A DNA stretch of 32,000 nt from Mycobacterium tuberculosis H37Rv (GTDB lineage Bacteria; Actinomycetota; Actinomycetes; Mycobacteriales; Mycobacteriaceae): NCBI RefSeq assembly GCF_000195955.2, contig NC_000962.3:4170001-4202000 (forward strand), given 5' to 3'. Of this stretch, positions 8,285 through 16,633 are shown in pieces. The notes beneath the pieces were generated by a model. The model ran no database searches, was not told the DNA's origin, and saw only the letters and a program-made list of their open reading frames with translations. The position numbers and the translations under genes were made by a program. Numbering within the stretch: position 1 is the stretch's first letter; the number at the start of each line of letters is the position of its first letter.

Positions 8285-10615
8285 ATGTTCGTCGAATACA
8301 CCAAGAGCATCTGCCCCGTCTGCAAGGTCGTGGTCGACGCCCAGGTCAATATCCGCCACGACAAGGTGTATTTGCGTAAGCGCTGCCGCGAGCACGGAAG
8401 TTTCGAGGCCCTGGTGTACGGGGATGCCCAGATGTATTTGGAATCAGCACGATTCAACAAACCGGGCACCTTTCCGCTGCGGTTTCAGACCGAGGTGCGC
8501 GACGGCTGTCCCAGTGACTGCGGGCTGTGCCCGGACCACAAGCAACACGCCTGCCTGGGGTTGATCGAGGTCAACACACACTGCAACCTGGACTGCCCGA
8601 TCTGTTTCGCCGACTCTGGCCACCAACCCGACGGCTACGCCATCACCGCGGCGCAGTGTGAACGGATGCTCGACACGCTCGTTGCCGCCGAGGGTGAACC
8701 CGAAGTGGTGATGTTCTCCGGTGGCGAACCGACCATCCACAAACAACTCCTCGAGTTCGTCGACGCCGCCCAGGCCCGCCCGGTCAAGACCGTCATCATC
8801 AACACCAACGGCATCCGGCTGGCCTCCGACCGGCGATTCGTCGACCAGCTCGCCACCCGCAACCGTCCCGGCCACCCCGTGCACATCTACCTGCAGTTCG
8901 ACGGCCTGGACGAGGCAACACATCGTCGAATCCGGGGCCACGATCTGCGGGACGTAAAGCAGCGGGCCCTGGACAACTGCGCCGCGGCGGGCCTGACCGT
9001 CAGCCTGGTGGCCGCGGTGGAACGCGGCCTCAACGAGCACGAGCTCGGCGCGGTCATCCGCCACGGCATGGCGCAGCCCGGAGTGCAACCGGTGGTATTT
9101 CAGCCGGTCACCCACGCCGGCCGGCATGTGCAGTTCGACCCGCTGACCCGACTGACCAACTCCGACATCATCGCCTGCATCACCGCGCAACTGCCCGAAT
9201 GGTTCAGGCCCGGTGACTTCTTTCCGGTGCCATGCTGCTTCCCCAGCTGCCGATCGATCACCTACCTGCTCACCGACGGGGAGCATGTGGTCCCGATTCC
9301 GCGGCTGCTCAATGTCGAGGACTACCTCGACTACGTCTCCAACCGGGTGATCCCTGACCTGGCGATCCGCGAAGCCTTGGAGAACTTGTGGTCGGCGTCG
9401 GCGGTGCCAGGCACCGACACCATGACCGCACAGCTACAGCGGGCTACCGCCGCCCTGAACTGCGCCGAGGGCTGCGGGATCAACCTGCCCGAGGCCCTCA
9501 CGCACCTCACCGACCGGGTCTTCGCCATCGTCATCCAAGACTTCCAGGATCCCTACACCCTCAACGTCAAACAGCTGATGAAATGCTGCGTGCAACAGAT
9601 CACCCCGGACGGACGGCTGATCCCGTTCTGCGCCTACAACTCGGTCGGCTATCGAGAGCAGGTGCGTGAACAGCTCACCGGGGTACCGGTACCCGACATT
9701 GTGCCCAATGCCATCCCACTCGCCGGGTTGCTGGCGGACGCACCACACGGATCAAAACAGGCCAATACCGGTGGGAGTATCGCCAGGCTCGCGGGGCCAA
9801 CCCGAGGTGCGCCGATGGCACTGCCACCACAGCAGATCAAAGCGTGTTGCGCCGACGCCTATTCCCGCGACATCGTCGCCTTGCTACTCGGTGACTCCTT
9901 TCACCCGGGCGGCGCGACATTGACCCGTAGGTTGGCTGACCAACTCGGGCTGAGGTCGACAGGCGACCCGCGGCGGGTCGCCGACATCGCCGCCGGGCCC
10001 GGCGCCTCCGCACGGCTGCTGGCCAGCGACTACGGTGTGGCTGTCGACGGGGTCGACATCAGCGAGATCAACGTGAAGCGCGCCCAAGCCGCCGTCGCGC
10101 AAACCGGCCTGACCGAGCGGGTGCGCTTCCACCTGGGCGACGCCGAATCAGTCCCGTTGCCCGACGACACATTCGACGCGCTGGTGTGCGAGTGCGCGTT
10201 CTGCACATTCCCGGACAAGAACGCCGCCGCCCAGCAGTTCGCTCGGATTCTGCGTCCTGGTGGCCTGGCCGGCATCACCGATGTCACTGTCGGGGACGGC
10301 GGCCTGCCGGCGGAGCTGACCCCATTGGCCGCGTGGGTCGCCTGCATCGCCGACGCCCGAACCGTCACCGACTACACCGACATCCTCGAAGGGGCCGGAT
10401 TGCGCACCCGCCACATCGAGTCTCATGACGAGAGCCTGCTGGACATGATCGACCGCATCGACGCGCGGATCACCGCCTTGCACGTCGCCGCACCGGAGAT
10501 CCTCGCCGACAACGGCATTCGCCACGACTCGGTGCGCGATTTCACAGCGCTCGCACGCGCCGCGGTACAAACCGGACGAATCGGATACACGTTGATGATC
10601 GCGGAAAAGCCGTGA
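8285..10615 (+). CDS. Radical SAM protein with additional cysteine clusters fused to a C-terminal SAM methyltransferase (Rv3729-like); start uncertain (8096, 8249 or 8285)
   Basis: SICPVCKVVVD...RKRCREHG; CPSDCGLCPDHKQHACLGLIEVNTHCNLDCPICFADSG (CxxxCxxC radical SAM); SGGEPTIH; LMKCCVQQITPDGRLIPFCAYN; C-terminal VADIAAGPGASARLLA...VDGVDIS...LGDAESVPLPDDTFDALVCE methyltransferase motifs. Confidence 0.9.
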   Translation: MFVEYTKSICPVCKVVVDAQVNIRHDKVYLRKRCREHGSFEALVYGDAQMYLESARFNKPGTFPLRFQTEVRDGCPSDCGLCPDHKQHACLGLIEVNTHCNLDCPICFADSGHQPDGYAITAAQCERMLDTLVAAEGEPEVVMFSGGEPTIHKQLLEFVDAAQARPVKTVIINTNGIRLASDRRFVDQLATRNRPGHPVHIYLQFDGLDEATHRRIRGHDLRDVKQRALDNCAAAGLTVSLVAAVERGLNEHELGAVIRHGMAQPGVQPVVFQPVTHAGRHVQFDPLTRLTNSDIIACITAQLPEWFRPGDFFPVPCCFPSCRSITYLLTDGEHVVPIPRLLNVEDYLDYVSNRVIPDLAIREALENLWSASAVPGTDTMTAQLQRATAALNCAEGCGINLPEALTHLTDRVFAIVIQDFQDPYTLNVKQLMKCCVQQITPDGRLIPFCAYNSVGYREQVREQLTGVPVPDIVPNAIPLAGLLADAPHGSKQANTGGSIARLAGPTRGAPMALPPQQIKACCADAYSRDIVALLLGDSFHPGGATLTRRLADQLGLRSTGDPRRVADIAAGPGASARLLASDYGVAVDGVDISEINVKRAQAAVAQTGLTERVRFHLGDAESVPLPDDTFDALVCECAFCTFPDKNAAAQQFARILRPGGLAGITDVTVGDGGLPAELTPLAAWVACIADARTVTDYTDILEGAGLRTRHIESHDESLLDMIDRIDARITALHVAAPEILADNGIRHDSVRDFTALARAAVQTGRIGYTLMIAEKP

Positions 10616-10679
10616 TAATCCAGGAAATGTGGGACAGACCAATCGCATTTCCCGCATCTGAGGAGCGAGCCGCACCGCG

Positions 10680-11720
10680 TTACTTCGACGTGTTTCCCCC
10701 CTTCAAGTCGGTATCCCGGCTCGGCTGCACCCGCTTGGGTTCGCCCGGCATCTTCGGATAGTTCGGCGGATACGGCATGTCACCGAGCCCGCGCTCCTCG
10801 TCGGCGGCGGCCAAGTCCAGCAATGGTGCAATCGACTGGGCCACGTCGTCCATGCCGGCCCAGGGGTCGTCGCGGATCTTCACCAGCTCGGGCACCGTGG
10901 TCATGGTGTAGTCGTCGGGATCCGCGCCGGCCAGCTCTTCCCAGGTCAACGGCATCGATACCGTCGCGATCGGGGTAGGACGCACCGAATAGGCCGACGC
11001 CATGGTGCGGTCGCGGGCGTTTTGGTTGAAGTCGATGAAGATACGCGCGCCCCGTTCTTCCTTCCACCACGACGTCGTCACCGCATCCGGTGCGCGGCGC
11101 TCGACTTCCCGGGCCAACGCAATGCCCGCCCGACGCACCTCGACGAAGTCCCAGTCGGTGGCGATGCGCAGGAATACGTGAATCCCTCTACCCCCGGATG
11201 TCTTCGGATAACCGACCAGACCGAGGTCGTCCAGCACGGACCGGAGCACATCGACGGCGACCGTACGCGCCTCCACGAAGCCGGTGCCCGGTTGCGGATC
11301 TAGATCGATGCGCAATTCGTCGGGGTGCTCGGTGTCGGGGCAGCGCACTTGCCACGGGTGCAGGGTGATTGTGCCCATCTGCGCCGCCCATACGATCGCC
11401 GCCGGGTGGGTCACCTTCAGCGCGTCAGCCATCCGCCCCGACGGAAACGTCACCCGGCACGTCTGCAGGTAGTCAGGGCGGTGCCGCGGGATCCGCTTTT
11501 GGTAGATCTGCTCGCCGTCGACGCCGTCCGGGAAGCGCTGCAAGTGCGTCGGCCGGTCACGCAGCGCCGTCAGCATCGGACCCCCGGCCACGGCGAAGTA
11601 GTACTCAACGAGGCGGCGCTTGGTGCCGTGCGACCCCAGCTTCGGGAAATACATCCTGTCCGGGCTAGTCAACCGCACCGCGATGCCGTCGACGTCGAGT
11701 TCCTCAGCTGCCGCCGCCAT
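10680..11720 (-). CDS. Archaeo-eukaryotic primase-like (LigD polymerase-domain-like) protein, 346 aa (Rv3730c-like, Prim-PolC type)
   Basis: MAAAAEELDVDGIAVRLTSPDRMYFPKLG...WAAQMGTITLHPWQVR...PDELRIDLDPQPGTGF...GGRGIHVFLRI: LigD-type AEP DxD and SGxGxH-like motifs. Confidence 0.9.
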   Translation of the reverse strand: MAAAAEELDVDGIAVRLTSPDRMYFPKLGSHGTKRRLVEYYFAVAGGPMLTALRDRPTHLQRFPDGVDGEQIYQKRIPRHRPDYLQTCRVTFPSGRMADALKVTHPAAIVWAAQMGTITLHPWQVRCPDTEHPDELRIDLDPQPGTGFVEARTVAVDVLRSVLDDLGLVGYPKTSGGRGIHVFLRIATDWDFVEVRRAGIALAREVERRAPDAVTTSWWKEERGARIFIDFNQNARDRTMASAYSVRPTPIATVSMPLTWEELAGADPDDYTMTTVPELVKIRDDPWAGMDDVAQSIAPLLDLAAADEERGLGDMPYPPNYPKMPGEPKRVQPSRDTDLKGGNTSK

Positions 11721-11757
11721 ATCGGAATTCCAGCATGCCGCACGCAAGAATGAGCAC

Positions 11758-12834
11758 ATGCAGTTACCCGTCATGCCGCCGGTGTCGCCGATGCTGGCCA
11801 AATCGGTCACCGCAATCCCGCCGGACGCGTCGTATGAACCCAAATGGGACGGATTCCGCTCCATCTGCTTTCGCGACGGTGATCAGGTCGAACTGGGTAG
11901 CCGCAACGAGCGGCCGATGACCCGCTACTTCCCCGAGCTGGTCGCCGCGATCAGGGCCGAGCTGCCGCATCGCTGTGTGATCGACGGGGAGATCATCATC
12001 GCCACCGACCACGGCTTGGACTTCGAGGCGCTGCAACAGCGCATCCATCCTGCCGAGTCGAGGGTGCGAATGCTTGCCGACCGCACACCAGCCTCCTTCA
12101 TCGCATTCGACCTGCTGGCCCTCGGCGACGACGACTACACCGGGCGACCGTTCAGCGAAAGACGAGCCGCTCTGGTCGATGCCGTAACTGGTTCGGGGGC
12201 CGACGCTGACCTGTCGATCCACGTCACCCCGGCAACCACCGACATGGCGACCGCACAACGATGGTTCTCCGAGTTCGAGGGGGCCGGTCTAGACGGTGTC
12301 ATCGCCAAACCGCCGCACATCACCTATCAACCGGACAAACGCGTTATGTTCAAGATCAAACACCTGCGGACCGCCGATTGCGTGGTGGCCGGCTACCGGG
12401 TGCACAAGTCCGGCAGTGACGCGATCGGCTCACTGCTGCTAGGGCTTTACCAGGAGGACGGCCAACTCGCGTCGGTCGGCGTGATCGGCGCGTTCCCCAT
12501 GGCCGAACGACGCCGGCTATTAACCGAGCTGCAGCCGCTGGTCACCAGCTTCGACGACCACCCATGGAACTGGGCCGCCCACGTTGCCGGCCAGCGCACC
12601 CCACGTAAGAACGAGTTCTCCCGCTGGAATGTCGGCAAAGACCTGTCGTTCGTGCCGCTGCGACCCGAGCGGGTGGTCGAGGTCCGCTACGACCGCATGG
12701 AAGGCGCGCGGTTCCGCCACACCGCACAGTTCAACCGGTGGCGCCCCGACCGCGACCCACGCTCATGCAGCTATGCCCAGCTCGAACGCCCGCTCACCGT
12801 CAGCCTCTCCGACATTGTGCCGGGCCTACGCTAA
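11758..12834 (+). CDS. ligC: ATP-dependent DNA ligase, LigC type, 358 aa
   Basis: MQLPVMPPVSPMLAKSV...YEPKWDGFRSICFRDG (KxDG nucleotidyl-transfer motif), LDGVIAKPPHITYQPDKRVMFKIKHLRTADCVV; divergent from the adjacent AEP primase gene. Confidence 0.95.
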   Translation: MQLPVMPPVSPMLAKSVTAIPPDASYEPKWDGFRSICFRDGDQVELGSRNERPMTRYFPELVAAIRAELPHRCVIDGEIIIATDHGLDFEALQQRIHPAESRVRMLADRTPASFIAFDLLALGDDDYTGRPFSERRAALVDAVTGSGADADLSIHVTPATTDMATAQRWFSEFEGAGLDGVIAKPPHITYQPDKRVMFKIKHLRTADCVVAGYRVHKSGSDAIGSLLLGLYQEDGQLASVGVIGAFPMAERRRLLTELQPLVTSFDDHPWNWAAHVAGQRTPRKNEFSRWNVGKDLSFVPLRPERVVEVRYDRMEGARFRHTAQFNRWRPDRDPRSCSYAQLERPLTVSLSDIVPGLR

Positions 12835-12933
12835 GGTGCGACCCTCTTCGGTCAGTTGATCCCCGGTGGGCCGATCGGCTCGGGCGCCACATCCGGGTCG
12901 GTTCGTTGCGTTCGGCCGCGTAACATCTGCGGC

Positions 12934-13992
12934 ATGGCGGTGCTGCCCGCGTGCCGGTTGGGACTTGTCGTCTGTGTGGCGACCGCAGTGATCACAGCAA
13001 CCATGGTGTTGGCTACGCCGAGCTATGCATGCGCCTGCGGTGCCGCGGTCACAGCACATGGCTCCCAAGCAACTTTGAATCATGAAGTCGCGCTGCTTCA
13101 TTGGGACGGGACGACCGAGACGATCGTCATGCAGCTGGCAATGAACGCCGATACCGACAACGTTGCCTTGGTAGTGCCCACCCCGACGCCGGCGATAGTT
13201 ACAACCGCGGACCAGTCCACGTTCGGCGAGCTGGACACGCTCAGTGCGCCGTTGATCGAGCATCAGCGACATTGGAGCTTAAGGCGCGGTGTCGGTGCCT
13301 CCGGTCCCCAGGAGGCCGCCGCCCGGGCCCCGCATGTGCTCAACCAGGTTCGCCTTGGCCCGCTGGAGGCCACCACCTTGACCGGCGGGGATCTGAGCGG
13401 CCTGCAGACTTGGTTGTCTGACAACGGCTATGCGATTCGACCGGCGGTGTCAGCGGCGCTGGATCCCTACGTGCGTGACGGATGGGCGTTCGTGGCGATC
13501 CGGCTGACCAGCACCGACCTGATAGTGGGCGGGCTCGATCCGGTGCGGATGACCTTCCGATCGTCGCGGTTGGTGTATCCCATGCGGCTATCGGTCGCCG
13601 CCCAGGAGCCGCAACATGTCACCATCTTCACCCTGTCCGATCACCGGCAGCAGCGCACCGACGCCGACGCTGCCACACAGACAACCCACGTCCGGTTCGC
13701 GGGCGACATGTCCACTGCGGTTCGTGACCCTCTGTTGCGCGAGCTGATCGGCAACCACGGCTCATATCTGACCAAGGTCGAGGTGGACATCTATCAGACA
13801 TCGCGAATCTCTTCGGATTTCACGTTCGGCAACGCACCAAACGACGATCCGTACCGGCAGGTGGTCACCGTTTACGACGATGTCGCACTCCCCCCGCTGC
13901 TGCTGGTGGTCGTGTCGGCGATCGCGGTGGGCGCGGCGGGCGGGGCCGTTGTGGTGGTTCTGCGGCGACGGCGGCGCGCCCACACTGGGTAG
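12934..13992 (+). CDS. Secreted/membrane-anchored DUF2330-like protein, 352 aa (Rv3732-like)
   Basis: N-terminal signal-like segment VVCVATAVITATMVLATPSYACACGAAV; repeated DUF2330-like pattern; C-terminal LLLVVVSAIAVGAAGGAVVVVLRRRRRAHTG anchor. Confidence 0.85.
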   Translation: MAVLPACRLGLVVCVATAVITATMVLATPSYACACGAAVTAHGSQATLNHEVALLHWDGTTETIVMQLAMNADTDNVALVVPTPTPAIVTTADQSTFGELDTLSAPLIEHQRHWSLRRGVGASGPQEAAARAPHVLNQVRLGPLEATTLTGGDLSGLQTWLSDNGYAIRPAVSAALDPYVRDGWAFVAIRLTSTDLIVGGLDPVRMTFRSSRLVYPMRLSVAAQEPQHVTIFTLSDHRQQRTDADAATQTTHVRFAGDMSTAVRDPLLRELIGNHGSYLTKVEVDIYQTSRISSDFTFGNAPNDDPYRQVVTVYDDVALPPLLLVVVSAIAVGAAGGAVVVVLRRRRRAHTG

Positions 13993-14011
13993 TCCGCCAC
14001 GGTGAGGGCGC

Positions 14012-14512
14012 TCAGCGAGGCAGGGATTCTGGTCCTTCAGACAAACCCGCCACGGCCGGGTGCGCCATCAACCGGTCGAGAAAACCCCGCTGCCCCTTGA
14101 GCAGTTTGGTGCGTGCCCGCGCTACCGGAAACCAGCTCACCCGGTCGACCTCGGGGAACTTACGCATCTTGCCCGAGCCCTTCGGCCAGTCCAATTCGAA
14201 GGTGCTGCTTCGTGCGTCGGTGATGTCCAGATCCGCCCGGACACCGAACACGGTCACCACCTTGCCGCCGGACTGTTTCAGCGACCCGAAGTCGATTCGC
14301 GGCCCGTCAGGCACGCACAACCCGATCTCCTCGGAGAACTCGCGCCGGGCGGCCAGCCACGGATCTTCGCCGCCGGTGTATTCGCCCTTCGGGATCGACC
14401 AAGCGCCGTCGTCCTTTCCCGCCCAAAACGGGCCGCCCGGATGCGCCAGAAGGACGTCGACGACACCGGCGCGCGCCCGATACAGCAGCACACCCGCGCT
14501 GAGCTTGGGCAT
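14012..14512 (-). CDS. Nudix hydrolase, 166 aa (Rv3733c-like)
   Basis: Nudix box GEYTGGEDPWLAARREFSEEIGL. Confidence 0.93.
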   Translation of the reverse strand: MPKLSAGVLLYRARAGVVDVLLAHPGGPFWAGKDDGAWSIPKGEYTGGEDPWLAARREFSEEIGLCVPDGPRIDFGSLKQSGGKVVTVFGVRADLDITDARSSTFELDWPKGSGKMRKFPEVDRVSWFPVARARTKLLKGQRGFLDRLMAHPAVAGLSEGPESLPR

Positions 14513-14525
14513 GAGTACGGGTTCT

Positions 14526-15890
14526 TTAGATCCCGACGGCCTGTTCCAGATCCTTCAGCGACGATTCCAGGTGCGCAAGCAGCCGCTGCAAGTGGGGCAC
14601 ACTGCGACGGCACCCGACCAGTCCGAAGTCGAGATTCCCAGCATTGTTCACCAGGGTGATGTTCAACGCTTGACCGTCCGGGATGTTCGACAATGGGTAA
14701 CTACCGTCAAGCCGGGCCGTGCCGTAGTAGAGCGGGTCTACCGGCCCCGGCACATTCGAGATGACGATGTTGAACGGTGGCGGCACTGCCGACAAGAAAC
14801 CCGGTACACCCGCCAACGTCAGCGGCGCCATATTCAATGCCGACAATGCAAGCACCTGCAGCTGCGGCAATTCGGAGAGCACTTTCTTGTTGCCGTCCAT
14901 GGACGCGCTGATGGTCTGAATCCGTTGCGCTGGGTCGTCGACATGGGTGGCGAGATTGCACAGGACGCTGCCGACCAAGTTGCCGCCGGCGTCAGCGTCC
15001 TCTTTGGAGCGTAGGCTCACCGGAACCATCGCGATCAGCGGTCTGTCCGGCAGCGCATTCCGCTCTATCAGGTAGTAGCGCAACGCACCGGCACACATCG
15101 CCAGGACGGCGTCGTTGACGGTCACACCGGCGGCCTGCTTGACGCTCTTGATCCGGTCCAGCGACCAGGACTGCGCAGCGCACCGGCGGGCTCCCCCGAC
15201 CTTGACGTTGAACATGCTGTGTGGCGCCGCGAACGGCAGCGTCAACTGCTGCTCGAGTAGCGCCGCACGAGCCAGCTTCAGCGTCGACGGTGCAAGTCCG
15301 ACAACGGATCCCGCCATCTTGAACAGCGCATCCAACAGTGACGAGCCGTCCGATGGCGGGCGCGTACGTGGGCGCGGAGGCAGGTTCCAGATGGCGCGCA
15401 CCTCGGCGTCGTCCGGGTCAGCCGACAGCGTGCGCTGCGCCAGCTTCATCGCCGAAACACCGTCGATCAGGGCGTGGTGCATTTTGGTGTACATAGCAAA
15501 CCGGCCGTCGTTCAGCCCCTCCACCACGTGCAGCTCCCACAGCGGGCGGTGGCGATCGAGCAGGCTGGTATGCAGCCTTGAGGTCAGCTCGAGCAGATCG
15601 CGGACTCGTCCTGGCGAGGGCAGCGCCGAGCGGCGAACGTGGTAATCGATGTCGATGTCGTCGTCATAAGCCCATGCCACACGGGCGATTCCACCCCCGA
15701 TCGTCGCAGGGTGCTTTCGGAACATGGGCTGGAATTCGTCGTTGGCAACCAAACGCTCGGTGAACTCACGGACGAACTCAGGACCAGCTCCCTGCGGTGG
15801 CTCGAACAACGACAAGCCACCCACATGCATGGGGTGTTCACGAGATTCAATGAAAAGAAACATCGAGTCGTTGGGCATCATCAGATCCAT
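14526..15890 (-). CDS. tgs2: Wax ester synthase/diacylglycerol acyltransferase (WS/DGAT), 454 aa
   Basis: MDLMMPNDSMFLFIESREHPMHVGGLSLFEPP; catalytic HHALIDG; C-terminal FNIVISNVPGPVDPLYYGTARLDGSYPLSNI; matches Rv3734c. Confidence 0.93.
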   Translation of the reverse strand: MDLMMPNDSMFLFIESREHPMHVGGLSLFEPPQGAGPEFVREFTERLVANDEFQPMFRKHPATIGGGIARVAWAYDDDIDIDYHVRRSALPSPGRVRDLLELTSRLHTSLLDRHRPLWELHVVEGLNDGRFAMYTKMHHALIDGVSAMKLAQRTLSADPDDAEVRAIWNLPPRPRTRPPSDGSSLLDALFKMAGSVVGLAPSTLKLARAALLEQQLTLPFAAPHSMFNVKVGGARRCAAQSWSLDRIKSVKQAAGVTVNDAVLAMCAGALRYYLIERNALPDRPLIAMVPVSLRSKEDADAGGNLVGSVLCNLATHVDDPAQRIQTISASMDGNKKVLSELPQLQVLALSALNMAPLTLAGVPGFLSAVPPPFNIVISNVPGPVDPLYYGTARLDGSYPLSNIPDGQALNITLVNNAGNLDFGLVGCRRSVPHLQRLLAHLESSLKDLEQAVGI

Positions 15891-16088
15891 GCACCCATTA
15901 CACCCATTACCGAGTGATCCGGGAAGGCTTCTGTGGTGCCCGAGGTTCGGCAAGTCGCAAGAACATCGCCGCCCAGCTGACTTCGGGATGACAACGCATG
16001 TAGTCCGGAGCGGCTTGAGGTTGCAACGTCGGGTGGGCGAAGTAGTCCGGCTGAGAGGTATTGGTGGCAGCATGGGTTTGTGACCTCA

Positions 16089-16577
16089 ATGTCGTTGGCC
16101 TGGGATGTGGTGTCGGTCGACAAGCCGGACGATGTCAACGTCGTGATCGGCCAGGCGCACTTCATCAAAGCGGTCGAAGACCTGCACGAGGCCATGGTCG
16201 GCGTGAGCCCATCGCTACGGTTCGGGCTCGCCTTTTGCGAGGCTTCCGGGCCCCGGTTGGTTCGACATACCGGCAACGATGGCGATTTGGTCGAACTCGC
16301 GACCCGCACTGCGCTGGCCATCGCGGCCGGGCATAGCTTCGTGATCTTCTTACGTGAGGGGTTTCCCATCAACATCCTCAACCCGGTGCAGGCGGTGCCC
16401 GAGGTCTGCACGATCTACTGCGCCACAGCCAATCCGGTCGACGTTGTCGTCGCGGTGACCCCGCATGGTCGCGGCATCGTGGGTGTTGTCGACGGGCAGA
16501 CCCCTCTGGGAGTGGAGACCGATCGCGACATTGCGCAGCGGCGTGACCTGTTGCGCGCCATCGGTTACAAGCTCTGA
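16089..16577 (+). CDS. Adenosine-specific kinase-like (DUF355) protein, 162 aa (Rv3735-like)
   Basis: VNVVIGQAHFIKAVEDLHEAMV...FGLAFCEASGPRLVRHTGND...LAIAAGHSFVIFLREGFPINILNPVQAVPEVCTIYCATANPVDVVV...GRGIVGVVDG. Confidence 0.85.
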   Translation: MSLAWDVVSVDKPDDVNVVIGQAHFIKAVEDLHEAMVGVSPSLRFGLAFCEASGPRLVRHTGNDGDLVELATRTALAIAAGHSFVIFLREGFPINILNPVQAVPEVCTIYCATANPVDVVVAVTPHGRGIVGVVDGQTPLGVETDRDIAQRRDLLRAIGYKL

Positions 16578-16633
16578 TACGGGCCGCCGGTCCGCCCTTG
16601 ACAGCGGGACGTCCGCCGCAGAGGGTCGACGGC

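Noticed and set aside
8444-9286. 280-aa minus-strand ORF
   Set aside because: Shadow of the radical SAM gene; no family features and the coding strand has catalytic motifs.
14097-15014. 305-aa plus-strand ORF
   Set aside because: Antisense to the Nudix and tgs2 genes; His/Arg-rich and without domain signal.
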